Positions 23,230-36,121 of a DNA stretch of 64,000 bases are shown here, piece after piece. A program made the translations under genes and the position numbers. Every line of letters begins with the position of its first letter. Positions within the stretch are counted from its first letter, which is position 1. This stretch comes from Hypanus sabinus (taxonomy: Eukaryota), in assembly GCF_030144855.1 (NCBI RefSeq), contig NC_082708.1, forward strand, positions 17,794,001 to 17,858,000, read 5' to 3'. The notes under the pieces are model-generated. The model was not told where the DNA came from. It saw nothing but the letters and a program-made list of their open reading frames with translations, and made no database searches.

Positions 23230-26200
23230 AATGGAGATTGGCATGTTATCAAAAACCTTGGCAAACTTCTATAGATACATAGAACCATACCATAGAACAT
23301 TACAGCACAGAAACAGGCCTTTTGGCCCTTCTTGGCTGTGCCAAACCTTTTTTTTTGCCTAGTCCCACTGACCTGCACTTGGACCATATCCCACCATACA
23401 CCTCTCATCCATATACCTGTCCAAGTTTTTCTTAAATGTTAAAAGTGAGCTCGAAATTACCACTTCATCTGGCAGCTCATTCCACACTCCCAACATTCTC
23501 TGTGTGAAGAAGCCCCCCCCCCCCCACCATGTTCACTTTAAACTCTTCCCCCTTCACCCTTAAACCTTGTCCTCTGGTTTTTTTCTCCCCTAGCCTCAGT
23601 GGAAAAAGTCTGCTTGCATTCACTCTATCTATACCCATCATAATTTTACATACCTGTACTTCTATCAAGTCTCCCCTTATTCTTCTACGCTCCAGGGAAT
23701 AAAGTCCTAGCCTATTCAACTTTTCTCTGTAACTCAGTTTCTCAAGTCCTGGCAACATCCTTGTAAACCTTCTCTGCATTCTTTCAACCTTATTAATATC
23801 CTTCTGGGAATTCGGTGACCAAAACTGCACACAATACTCCAAATTTGGCCTCACCAATGCCTTATACAACCTCACCATAACGTTCCAACTTGTATACTCA
23901 ATACTTTGATTTATAAAGGCCAATGTACCAAAAGCTCTCTTTACGACCCTATCTACCTGTGACGTCACTATTAGGGAATTTTGTATTTATATTTCCAGAT
24001 CCCTCTGCTCTTCTGCACTCCTCAGTGCCCTACCATTTACCTTGTATGTTCTACCTTGGTTTGTCCTTCCAAAGTGCAATACCTCACACTTGTCTGTATT
24101 AAACTCCATCTGCCATTTTTTATCCCATTTTTCCAGCTATTCCAAATCTCTTTGCGAGCTTTGAAAACCTTCCTCACTGTCCACTACACCTCCAATCTTT
24201 GTATCATCAGCAAATTTGCTGATCCAATTTACCATATTATCATCCAGATCATCGATATAGATGACAAATAACAATGGACCCAGCACTGATCCCTGTAGCA
24301 CACCACTAGTCACAGGCCTCCACTCAGAGTAGCAATCCTCCACTACCACTCTCTGGCTTCTCCCATTGAGCCACTGTCTAATCCAATTTACTACCTCTCC
24401 ATGTATACCTAGTGACTGAATCTTCCTAACTAACCTCCCATGCAGGATCTTGTCAAAGGCCTTACTGAAGTACATGCAGACAACATCCACTGCCTTCCCT
24501 TCATCCACTTTCCTGGTAACCTCCTCGAAAAACTCTGATAGATTTGTTAAACATGACCTATCACACACATTAGGGACAGGGACCCTCCCTAATAAGTCCC
24601 TGTGTAGCTAAATACTTGTAGATCCTATCTCTTGATACTCCTTCCAATAATTTACCTACTACTGACATCAAACTTACCGGCCTATAATTTCCCGGATTAC
24701 TTTTAAAGCCTTTTTTAAACAACGGAACAACATGAGCTATCCCCCAATCCTCTGGCACCTCACCTATAGATACCAACATTTTAAATGTATCTGCCAGGGC
24801 CCCAGCAATTACAACACTGGTCCCCTTCAAGGTCTGAGGGAATACCCTGTCAGGTCCTGGGGATTTATCTACTCTGATTTGCTTCAAGATAGCAAGTGCC
24901 TCCTCTTCTTCAATCTGTATAGGTACCATGACCTCACTACTTGTTTGTCTTATTTCCATTGACTCCATGCCAGTTCTCTTAGTAAATACAGACGGAAAAA
25001 ACCCATTTAAGATCTCCCCTATTTCTTTTGGTTCTATACATAGCCGACCATTCTGATCTTCAAGAGGACCAATTTTATATCCCTTACTATCCTTTTGCTC
25101 GTAATATACCTGTAGAAGCTCTTTGGATTATCCTTCACCTTGACTGCCAAAGCGACCTCATGTCTTCTTTTAGCTCTCCTGATTTCTTTCTTAAGTATTT
25201 TTTTTGCACTTTTTATACTCCTCAAGTACCTTATTTGCTCCCTGTTTCCTATACATGTCATACATCTCTCTCTTCTTCTTCATCAGAGTTCCAATATCCC
25301 TCGAAAACCAAGGTTCCTTACTCTTATTCACTTTGCCTTTAATCCTGACAGGAACATACAAGCTGCACTCTCAAAATTTCTCCTTTGAAGGCCTCCCACT
25401 TACCAATCACACCCTTGCCAGAGAACAAGCTGGCCCAATCCATGTTTTTTAGATCCTTTCTGATTTCTTCAAATTTGGCCTTTTGCCAGTTTAGAACCTC
25501 AACCTGAGGACTAGATCTATTTTTATGCATGATCAAGTTGAAACTACTGGTGTTATGATCACTGGAACCAAAATGTTCCCCTACACAGACTTCCGTCACC
25601 TGTCCTAACTTGTTTCCTAATAGAAGATCTAATATTGCATCCTCTCTAGTCAGTACCTCTGTATATTGATTTAGAAAACTTTCCTGAACACATTTTACAA
25701 ATTCTAACCCATCTAGACCTTTAACAGCATAGGAGTCCAAATCAATATGTGGAAAATTAAAATCCCCTACTTTCACAACTTTATGTTTCCTGCAGTTGTC
25801 TGCTATCTCTCTACAGATTTGCTCCTCCAATTCTCGCTGACTATTGAGTGGTCTATAATACAACACCATTAATGTGGTCATAGCTTTCCTGTTTCTCAGC
25901 TCCACCCATATGACCTCGGTAGACAAGCCCTCTAATCTGCCCTGCCTGAGCACTGCTGTAACATTTTCCCTGACTAGCAATGCCACCCCCTCCCCCCCAC
26001 CCTTCATCCCTCTGCCTCTATCACATCTGAAACATGGAACCCTGGAAAATTAAGCTGCCAGTCAAGCTAGCCAAGTTTCACTAATGGCTACGATGTCATA
26101 ATTCCACGTGTCAATCCACGCCTTCAGCTCGTCAGCCTTCCCCACAATACTCCTTGCATCGAAGTAGACACACCTCAGAAGACTATTACCACCACACACA

Positions 26201-27025
26201 ACCCTTCTATTTGTAACTTTGCATGAAATTTAAAATTCATTCATTTTCACCCCCGCTCCACTACCTGCTCTAGCACTTGGGTTCCCATCCCCCTGCAAAT
26301 CTAGTTTTAAACCATCCCCCCACCCCCCAATTGCACTAACAAACCTCCCTGCAAGGATATTGGTCTCCTTGTAGTTCAGGTGTTAACCTGTCTCTCTTGT
26401 ACAGGTCCCACCTGCCCCAGAAGAGGTCCCAATGATCCCAAAATCTGAAACCCTGCCCCATGGTGGAAAGTGTGCTGACTGGCTCCATTACGGCCTGGTA
26501 TGGGAACACCAATGCCTTTGAGTGGAAAATCCTACAGAAGGTAGTGGATTTGGCCCAGCAGATCACGGGTAAAACCCTCCCAACCATATAGCACATCTAC
26601 ATAAAACAATGCCATAGAAAAGTAGTATTCATCATCAAAGATCCCTACCACCCAGGTCATGCTCTTCTCGCACTGCTGCCATGAACTAGAAATTACAGAT
26701 GCCTCAGGACTTGCACCACCAGGTTCTATTCCTCAGCCATCCTCTTGAACAAAAGGTGACAACTGCACTCATTTAAGGACTTTTTATCGTGTTATTTCAT
26801 GTTCATTATTTATCGCCCTTTGTTTGTATCTGCATTTGCACAGTTTGTTTACAGTTTACAGTCCCTGATGTTTACAGTTTACAGTCCCTGATGTTTACAG
26901 TTTACAGATCCTGTTTACAGTTGCTGTTCTATAGATTTGCTTTGTACACCCTCAGAAAAATAATCTCAGGGTTGCATGTGGCGGCATGTGTGTACTCTGA
27001 CATTAAGTTTTACTTTGATCTTTGA
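23230..27025 (+). mobile_element. Rex1/Babar 3' fragment split by CR1
   Basis: LANFYR at 23258-23276 resumes as VESVLTG at 26461; 3' tail ends near 27025. Confidence 0.75.
23278..26460 (-). mobile_element. CR1 LINE: ORF1 3' end plus ORF2 (APE and RT), disrupted
   Basis: ORFs 25339-26007 (GDFN, GSSDH), 24570-24968, 24137-24568 (KFADDTK) and 23477-23968; esterase tail WDLFWGRWDLY; octamer-like tail at 23278-23300. Confidence 0.95.
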
Positions 27026-27148
27026 AGTCAGTTTTGCTGTCGGGTGTACAATTGTGGTGAAGTGCAGGCACAATTTTTAAAAACTTGCAGCAACAACATC
27101 ATAGTCACGTAAATCTAGATAAAAATGCAGAGAAAATAAATTGTATAT

Positions 27149-27347
27149 GTTGGCCAGTGGTGTAGGGAATTTTATGCAAATGGTCCCGGCTTTGATTCCA
27201 GCTGGCTCCTTGCACACTTTCCATCTGGGTTGGGTTGAGCATTGATGTAGCAACTTGGCACAAAATAAAAATGGACCAATGTTAAGGAAACAGCAAGACT
27301 GTCACCCAATGTGCCACAAGGAACGAAAAGGAACAGCAACAACAATA
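27149..27347 (+). mobile_element. Older SINE related to 17737-18011
   Basis: Shared core ctttccatc..gggttgagc.ttgat.t.gcaact; eroded A and B boxes. Confidence 0.55.
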
Positions 27348-27859
27348 AATTATCCATTATTACATAACAGTGAAGAAAAAGACTACAAAACAGGACATTG
27401 GTGCAAAAAAGCACAATTAGAAACAAATGCATGGTACATGGTCTGTAGTGTTCCATTGCTGAGGTAGGATTAGAGTTGGTCAGATCATTTCAGGAACCTG
27501 ATGGTTGGAGAAAACTAGCTGTTTCTGAATCTGGTGGTGTCAGTCTTCAGGCTTCTGAACCTCCTGCCTGGTGATGGCAGTGAGAACAGGGCATGACCTG
27601 GATGGTCAGAATCCTTGAAGAGGGAAGTAGTTTTCTTGAAGAACCTCCTATAGATGCTGTCACTGGTGGAGAGGGTTGTATCCACTACTGTCTGTAGCCT
27701 CTTTCTTTCCTGTGCATTGGAATTGCTGTACCAGACCATGATGCAAACAGTTGAAGTAATGTCGACAGCGCGCCAGTGGAGGTCTATTAGAAGATTCGGT
27801 GGCATGCCTTCTAAGGAAGTGGAGGTGTTGGCATGCCTTTTACTGGGGCCTGGACTCCG

Positions 27860-28178
27860 CTTAAAAGATCAGCTTTATTTGTCACTTGCACATCAAACAC
27901 AGTGAAATGCATCGTTTGAGTCCAATCACATCAGTGAGGATTGTGTTGGGAACAGCCTGCAAGGGTCATCACACTTCCGATGCCAATATAGCATGCCACA
28001 GCTCAATAACCCTACATCTAATCATACATCCTTTGAAAAGTGGGGGGATACTGAAGCACCCAGAGGAAACACACGTGATCACAGAGAAAACATACAAATT
28101 CCTTACATATAGCGGAGGGAGCCTAACCCCGATCTTACAGCTAGTGCTGTAAAGCATAGCACTAACCACTGCACCATC
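27860..28178 (-). mobile_element. V-SINE variant
   Basis: V-domain gaagcacccagaggaaacacacgtgatcacag..tacaaattccttac and a tRNA-like head. Confidence 0.65.
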
Positions 28179-28389
28179 ATCTTGCACAGGAATTTGAAGC
28201 CATATACCCTTTCTACCTTTGACCCAACAATGAGACTGACATATGGTCTCCCAGCTTCTCCTTTCTGAAGTCAACAACAAGCTCCTTAGCATTACTGACA
28301 ATGGGAATGCGGTTATCATTGTGGCTTCACTTAACCGGATGTTCTAACTTGCTCCTTATACTGAATCATCATCGATGGTTAATTCATTC

Positions 28390-30620
28390 GGTCTGCATTG
28401 AATCCGCAGTTTTTCTTTCTGGCTATCCATCCTGTAGGATGATGATGGTTGCTTTCAGTCAGTTAGTGGGGTTTGATACGTGCATCCTGGAGTGGCTGTA
28501 CAGGCTGATCCTTGACAGGCACTGCTTGCCACATACTTGGTAGGTGAGGCCTGGAGGGGCAGCAGGGGCAGAAGCTCTGTTGTGGTGCTTCCTGTGCCTT
28601 TCCTCTGTTGCCCCTATGAGCTTGTTCTCAGCGGCATCCACACCTTTTCTGATGGTGTCCCTCCACTGTGAGCGATCTTGAGCCAGATCCTCCCACGTTG
28701 ATGGGGCAATGTCAGTTTTCTTGAGGCTCCTGTGCAGAACATCCTTGTACCGTAGTCGCTGGTTTTGGGTACCACTGGACAGTTGGCCGTACAAGATGTC
28801 CTTGGGCAGTCTTCCATCAGGCACTCTGACAACATGTGCTGCCCAGCGCAGTTGGGCTGACATCACCAAGGTTGGAACTGCTGGCATTCCGGCTCGAGAG
28901 AGGACCTCGGTATTGGAGACCTTGTCTCGTCAGGTGATCTTCATCAGAGAACGTAGGTGACGCTGCTGCAGTTGGTCAAGCTGGCATGTGACTCTGATAT
29001 GGGCACCACGTCTCACATCCGTATAGCAAGGCTGATATGACAATGGCCCTGTATACCTTGCACTTGGTGGCCAACCTGATGTTCTGTGACCAAACTCGAT
29101 CTTTCAGCTGACCAAAGGCAAAGCAAGCTTTTCTGTTTCTTGACTCAATCGCTACGTCCAGAGAAGCTGAGGATGTTATTATGCTGCCCAGGCAGCAAAA
29201 CTTGTTGCAGCATTGAGACGAGTGTCATCAATGAGGGCAGTTGGTTCTTCGTAGCTTGAGCCAGGAGTCGGTTGGTTCAAAACTTCCATCTTTTTCAGGC
29301 TGATTGTCAGGCCAAAGCTTTTGGCAAAGCGACTGGTGATCTCCTGTAAGTCTTCAAGAGAGTGGGCAACCCAGCGCACAGTCATCAGCAAACTGTAGCT
29401 CATGCCCCACAATATCCCTGACTTTTGTTTCTGCTGTCAGTCTTGCGAGGTTGAGGAGCCCGCCATCGACCCTCGTTTGTAGGAAGACCCCTGACTTCAG
29501 GTCTGATGCGGTATCCTGAAGGACAGCAGCGAAGAATAGTCCAAACAGAGTAGGAGACAAAACACAACCCTGCTTTATGCCATTGCTGATGGGAAATGGG
29601 TCTGACAACTCATCACAAATGCTGATGTGGCCTTCCATGCCTTTGTGGAACAGACGGATAATGTTGGTTAGGCATGGAGGGGGGGCAACTGAATTTTGGT
29701 AGGAGCTTCCGCAGGCCATCTCTACCAACAGTGTCAAACGCTTTGGTTGGATCAACAAATGTGACATAGAGACTTCTCTGCAGCTCAACACATTTCTCTT
29801 GGAGCTGCCTCAGTGAGAAGATCATGTCCACTGTACTACGGCCTGTTCGAAAACCACACTGGCTTTCTGGAAGGATGTTGTCACTGATGTTGGACACCAA
29901 GCGTCTAAGAATGATCTTCGTGAGGCATTTTCCTGCAACTGACAGAAGAGAGATGCCACGGTAATTGTTGTGGTCTCTCTTGTCTCCCTTGTTCTTGTAG
30001 ATGGTCACGAATGATGCATCTTTGAAGTGTCGTGGTAGTTCTGCAGCTCCCCACAACTTTGTGAGCAGCCAGTGCAGGCATGATGTTAGTGTGTTACCAC
30101 CGTACTGGTAGGTCTCGGCTGTGATATTATCAGGCCCTGGTGCTTTGTTGGGTTTTAGCTGCTTGATGGCTTTGATGTCCTTGTGAAGAGTAGGGGGAGC
30201 ATCTGGCTCGAACAGTATGGGTCGAGGTTGTACTCTGCCCAGTGCATCATCAGTGATAATTCCTGGTCTGTTCAGCAGCTCTTGGAAGTGTTCTTGCCAC
30301 CTTTTCATGGGCTCTGACTTCTCAGTGAAGATGGATGTACGGTCCTAGCTCAGGACTTATGATGTCCCTTCTTAAAGAGTGGATGAACCGTCTCACAGGG
30401 TCAATGGCCATCTAGCAAACACATGCTGTGAAGTGCTGAAAGATCATCCCTTGGATCGAAGCTTGGTCTGGCCACTCACTGCAACAGAACTTCCCCCAGC
30501 CGGCTTGGAGCCCACCATGCCACTGGATCCAGGAGGGGATGTCAAGAGGGTGGGTCTGGACTTGTGCAACCCCCTACTCACCTAAAATCCATTCACGCAC
30601 ACGCTGGATCCGGAGTAACA
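28390..30620 (-). mobile_element. RTE (BovB-like) LINE with 5' UTR but deleted APE domain
   Basis: ORFs 29613-30308 (KAPGPD, NYRGISLLS, ESQCGFR), 29354-29791 (KQGCVLSP, FADD) and 28459-28887 (C-terminal C2H2). Candidate 12-bp TSD gttaattcattc/gttagttcattc. Confidence 0.9.
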
Positions 30621-30825
30621 GTTAGTTCATTCTCCTTTACAACAGTGTCATCTGCACAAAGTTATAGATGCTATTGAAGCTGCACGTAGTCTCACAATCA
30701 TTGATGTAAAGAGTTAGTGCACATCCTTGAGGTGCTCTTGTCTTGGTTGCTAGTAAGGAGGAGATGTTGTCACCATTCTGAATAAACTCTTCCGGGACTT
30801 CTCTTCGGGTACAGGTACCGATTAT

Positions 30826-30868
30826 AACTGATGATTCAATGACAAACTTTGCCAACTTCATCAGGGAT
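30826..30868 (-). ncRNA. Hammerhead ribozyme motif, decayed (inverted pLTR)
   Basis: CTGATGA-A-GTTGGCAA(agt)TTGTCATT-GAATC-ATC; GAAA is mutated to GAAT. Confidence 0.55.
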
Positions 30869-31400
30869 GATGCCTGGGCACACCTAGTCCAGTGGTAATT
30901 ATACCCCTGTAGCCCGTCCTTCCTGATTGGTTAGACCTTGGCCAATCAGGTTTCTGCTCTCTCACCATGTCTACAATCGAATTTCAGTTCTCACTTAGAG
31001 CGAGACCTTCATCTTTGTTAAGATTACCCCTGTGGGGAGGAAGTTCACTTCAATATTCATAGTTTTGAATCATTGCCTAAAGAGAAGGCAAGATCTCTTT
31101 GTTCTTTAGTTTTCCTTCTGAGATGCTGGGACAGGGACATCATCCGTAAGTTCGTGAGGTTGCATCCACTGTGATTTCTTTGGCGAGCTAGCCAAGCGTT
31201 GATCAGAGAGCACATCCACTATATTAGATCCACTCTGGACATCAACATGAACAGACAACTGTCTCTGCACCTGGAAGGGTCATCCCTCTAACCTCCTAGT
31301 GATTGGGAGTACGTCAACAGGTACACCGCTGCCCAAGGTGAGCTAGTTTCATGGAGGAACATTGCGAGGCAGGTCAGGAAATACAACAAACTACCCAGAC

Positions 31401-32184
31401 TGTTATGGTCTGGTCTGGAGCCCGCTTTCTGGGTCTTGATCCGGTCCGTGGATTCCGGACTCCGGGTCCCTCCTTTCACCCTTAAGCCCAAATAGGATCA
31501 CCTTGGCTTAAGGAGGTGCGCCTGAGACCTATCGGCTGGCAGGTGTATATAAGGGGCTCTGGGACTGAGCCTAGTTGGGGGTTGTCCTGTTTTGACCCTG
31601 GCTTGGAGTACCCACTGTTAATCATCTAGTTCTGTAAGTCTGTTCTTGTAGTCACCCTGGACCAGTCTCCCTTCTGATCCCTTGCCTTTGTCGGGTAAGC
31701 AGGCTGGACTGCTGTTGCCCGGTGGGGGGACTCTGACCCTTCCCTACCCCTCGCATCTGACAGGTTGTGCCCGGCAACCTGCCCAGGTGCTCCGTGTCTT
31801 GCTCAGGCCCTTGTATTCCTGCCTGGGAGGCGGCCCTGCCCAGGAGTTATGCAGCCCGCCTGAGGACTCTGACCCTTTCCTGCCCCTCGCCTCTGATGAG
31901 CTGTGCCCTGCATCCTGCCCAGGTGTCCTGTGACCTGCCCAGGCCCCTGTATTCCTGCCTGGGAGGCTGCCCTACCCAGAAGTAATGTGGCCCGCCCAGG
32001 GGGCTATCCTCCCAGCATCCCTTGTCCCATAGACCCATCCTTTGCCATGAACTCTCTAAACCCCAGGATAACTGTTGCATGCCACAGTCTCCCCATCTTG
32101 TTCTATCCTTTAGTTGTTCCTGTCCTGCCCCGAGTACTTCAGTGCCTGCGTCCTGTATTTGTGTCTCTACGTCCCCTTGTGACA
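31401..32184 (+). mobile_element. Solo LTR (784 bp) inserted in the Penelope ORF
   Basis: TGTTA...TGACA termini, TSD cagac/caaac, TATA-like tatataag at ~31546. The Penelope frame rejoins when it is removed. Confidence 0.82.
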
Positions 32185-34090
32185 CAAACAAAGTGCAGGC
32201 ATCCCACCTTTGAACCCAGAAAGGACTGACATCAATCAAACTGGACAAAGCATTGATGAAGTGACTAATAATCCCCACTGGGGGCTAAACTTTGCTCCGA
32301 TCCTCAGAGCTATACCTTATCAGAACTACATTGGCGGAGTAGAACAACAATCTGAAAACGACAACCAGAATCTGTGGAGGAGGCATGAATAGAGGTCTGT
32401 ATAGCAGGTAAAAGAGCCGTTTTGCCGAAACTGAACATCACAAAGGGAGATCGACTGGCTCTCCAGACACAATGGTGAAATCAGCCATCATGAAGTGCAG
32501 TGGTCCTGATGTCCTCAGAGGAATATCACAGGCAAGTCCACCAGATTCCAGATGTTCCCGCCTACAGAGTTCTACAGCGGGATCCCACAGATTCGATTGT
32601 GAGGATAACTTCCACTTTAATGAAGAGTTGCCTGCAGATGTATGCAAGGCGCTTCTGCCTCAGGCACCGGCACCACTAAGACTTTACAGGCCCCATAAGA
32701 TACACAAGGAGGCTTCCCTTCTATCATCTCGCTAAGCATTTAATGACCTTGCTGTCTCCTTTTGTTGGGGGCCGTGAGCATCAGATCACAAATTCCATCG
32801 ACTTGCATTAAAATGATAACTAGCTGAACCAGGAGGACATAATGATCAGTTTTGACATGCTGTCCCTGTGCAAGAAGACATCTTGGTCCTCCTGCGGCCA
32901 ATGTTTGATAAGGGTACCATTGACCTTTTTGAAAATACCCTTACATTGACGTACTTCCTCTGAGGGGAAGGACAATGAACAAGCGGATGGAGTGACCGTG
33001 GAATCACCCTTGTCACCAGCTATTGCTAATTTCTACATGGAGGACTTTGAGGAGAGGGCTCTGAGTTCATCACCCTTACACCCCAAACACTTCTTCAGTT
33101 AAGTCAATGACACCATCGTAGCGTGGCCTCATGGACTCCAGGCACTCCAACAGTTCCACACCCGTTTGAACAGCATACATCCAAACATTCAATTTACAAT
33201 GAACATGGAGAAGAATGGTTGCTTCCTGTTTCTGGACATTCTAATACGATGGAAACCAGACGGCAGCCTCGGACACGGTGTCTATCAGAAACCCACTCAC
33301 GTGGACTTGTACCCCAACAGTAACGGCCACCATCATGCCTCCTAATGTGGGGCTGTTCGTTCTACTTTGATTAACTGTACCGAAAATTATTTCGGACCAG
33401 AAGCGTCTCCCCAAGAAAATAAGATGATTATGCACAACATTCCTGCAGAATTGCTACAAGGTGAAGGAAATCAACTGGGCCCTTAAAAGGGCCAATGGAA
33501 AAAGCAGGAAACCTAACCACGAGGGGGAACCCATCGCTACTGCCTGAATTCCCTATACTTCCACGGTTCTGGAAGGATTGCCAGGGTCCTGAAGAAATAT
33601 TGGATTAGTACCATCCACAAACCTGTACGGAAGCTCAGATCACAGCTTATGCGGGGCAAAGGTGACCTGGGACTCAGGTTAGCCAATGTTTATCAGAATC
33701 CTCATGAATGTGGAGCAGTGTATATCGGCCAGATGGGACGCAAGGTGAAAACCCACATCAAGGAGCACAGGTGGTGTATCCATTTGGGTTACCCAGAGAA
33801 ATCAGAGGCAGCAGAACATTGGATTTGCAATGCCCATAGGATTGACATCAATGGCACTAAACTATAGGGCCATTGCCAATGGCACTCGGGACTGCCTGGT
33901 AAAGAAAGCTATTGAAATAAAATTAGTGGAAGAGCATTCTAACAAAAACAAAGGTCTCGCCTTAAGTAAGAACTGGAATTAGATTGTAAACAAGGTGGGA
34001 GAGCGGAAACCTGATTGGATGAGGTCTAACCAATCAGGAGGGACAGACTACACGGGTATGAATACCACCAGACTAGACTTGCCTAGACAT

Positions 34091-34135
34091 CATCCCTGAT
34101 GATGATGGCAGAGTTTGTCATTGAAACAGCGGTTA
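34091..34135 (+). ncRNA. Hammerhead ribozyme motif, decayed (3' pLTR)
   Basis: CTGATGA-T-GATGGCAG(agt)TTGTCATT-GAAAC-AGC; core and stem II intact, cleavage triplet mutated. Confidence 0.62.
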
Positions 34136-34291
34136 TAATCTATACCTGTACCTGGCTGGAAGCCCAGAAAGAGTTTATTCATCATATATGTCGGGACAGC
34201 ACCAAATCCTTTTTGTTACCATACTTACGGATTAAAGCCTCCAGATGAAGTCAAGGCATGAGAAGACCTGCAGATGCTGAAAAGGTACTGA

Positions 34292-34597
34292 GACACCAGT
34301 CAAGGTCATTCGATTGCAAACAATTAGTTTATTGATCATTTTAGAAAGTCACTCCTGCCCCTCACCATTCCCTTCCCCTTTTCCAACCATGATCCCCCTC
34401 TCCCTGTCCCCTTCCCACTCTCAGTCCACAATAGGGATCCATATCAGAATCAGGTTTATCATTCACATATGTCATGAAATTTGTTTCTGTTTTTGTGGCA
34501 GCAGTACAGTGCAATACACTAATTTACTACAGTACCATGTATAGGTCTGAGGCTCCCTAACTATATGTATGTGCCGAAGAATTTTACAACAGTACTA
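34292..34597 (-). mobile_element. Composite MITE cargo family 1, partial
   Basis: Same cargo as 51780-52073 plus one terminal mini-palindrome. Confidence 0.72.
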
Positions 34598-34699
34598 TAG
34601 GTATATAAGGTGACATTCGGTGCAGGAGTATCTGCGCATAAATTGACTCTGACAGGAAATGGTAAAGTGATACTGACTCTTGACAAGAGGAATTCTTTA

Positions 34700-35065
34700 G
34701 GCATCAGCAGGGCACATGAAAACAGGAGGACAGTGTCTGTGTCCATGTAGATATGAGGTGTGGAGCACAAGTTTTAAGTGGCAGAGCCATGGGATGAGAG
34801 TGCTGAGGGGCTCTGGAGAAGAGTGGCTGATATGGATATTGTGGCGGTGGTGTGGGTTAATGGATGGGGATATTGATCAGCCTGACAGCTCAGCAAAGTA
34901 ACTGTTTTTAAGTCCAGTGGAGCTATGTTGTCTCCCTGATGGGAGCAGGACAGACAGTCCACGAGCATGGTGGGAGGAATCCTTCATGATATTGCTGGCC
35001 TTTTTCCTGCACCTTTCCATATGTATGTCCTTGATGGCGAGTAGGCTGGTACTGTCAAAGCTGCC
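34700..35065 (-). mobile_element. Rex1/Babar 3' end
   Basis: ORF 34877-35083 ERCRKKASNIMKDSSH..LLPSGR..LKNSYF. Confidence 0.75.
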
Positions 35066-35370
35066 ATAGAAGATCAAGTTCAAGGAAATAAACTCAACAG
35101 ATTATATTCACTAATTACATTCAGTCACCTATTTATTGGGTACAGGAGTGGTCTTCTTCTGCTGTAGCCCATCCACTTTAACGTTCAATGTGTTGTGCAC
35201 TTAGATAGTTTGCTGCACACCACTGTTGTAACATGTGGTCATTTGAGTTACTTCCACGCCAGCTTGAAACAGACAGGCCATTCTCATCTGACTTCTCTCT
35301 TTAGCAGGGCATTTTTCACCTGCAGATCTGCCACTCACTGGATGTGCTTTAGTATTTTCACTATTCTCTG

Positions 35371-35902
35371 TGGAACACGCTGTAGGGTTTCACTGATAAT
35401 GTAACGGTTTCTCTGTAGCAGCAATGTTTTGGGTTACGACTGGCGATAACGGGGTTAAGAATGCTGTTGTTCTTTCTTGTGGGTCTGGAAGAGCGATTTC
35501 CGCGGTCTTTTGGTCGGGGAGAGATGAGGGGAGAAGACGCGAATGGAGGGAGTTGGAAGACCGTTGGATGGGATGGACTTGGTGTGAGGGTCCGAAGGGC
35601 AGCGACGATCGGAGGAGGTCGATGGTGGACGATCAGTGAGCTCCAACATTGCATAACAGACTGTTTAATAAGATTGGGCCCTTTTTTTCTTTTTTTTGTT
35701 TCCTTACTAACCATATAGTCAAAGTAAGAGTTGTAAAGCTTAATCGTTTAATCGCATATTGTGTACTGTTTGTTATTTTGTGGTACTGATTTGAAACAGG
35801 GGACACATCGCACAGCATCCACCCAAACAAGATTTCTTAAGTTTGGCTGGTCTGGGGGCTACCACCCCCTATATTAAACCATTAGCCAAAGCGAGAATTA
35901 CA
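35371..35902. mobile_element. Solo LTR (532 bp)
   Basis: TG...TTACA termini; 4-bp TSD tctg (35367-35370, 35903-35906). Confidence 0.8.
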
Positions 35903-36121
35903 TCTGTAAACTCTAGAGACATGAAATCTTCAGATCAGCTATTTCTGAGATACCCTACCCCATCTGGCACCAACAATCATTCCATGCTCAAAGTCACATA
36001 GATCACTTTTCTTCCCCATTCTGATGTTTGGTCTAAACTGCAACTGAACCTCTAGACCATGTCTGCAGGCTTTTATGCATTGAGTTGCTGCCACATGATT
36101 GGCTGATTAGGTAGTTGCATT

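Larger units (their letters stand above)
27350..30779 (-). mobile_element. Rex1/Babar element split by a V-SINE and an RTE
   Basis: ORF 27515-27805 (C-terminus), fragment 28200-28390, and 30635-30779 (RAPQGCAL..ADDT region). Confidence 0.72.
30780..34212 (+). mobile_element. Penelope-like element (Poseidon-like), near full length, with inverted 5' pseudo-LTR
   Basis: GLNFAP, LY..HKIHK, SPLSPAIANFYMEDFEE, VYQKPTH and GIY-YIG (33649-33867 VY..CGAVYIGQ..KEH). 30780-31025 is the reverse complement of ~33935-34180. TSD ttgtcaccattct/ttgttaccatact (11/13). Confidence 0.92.
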
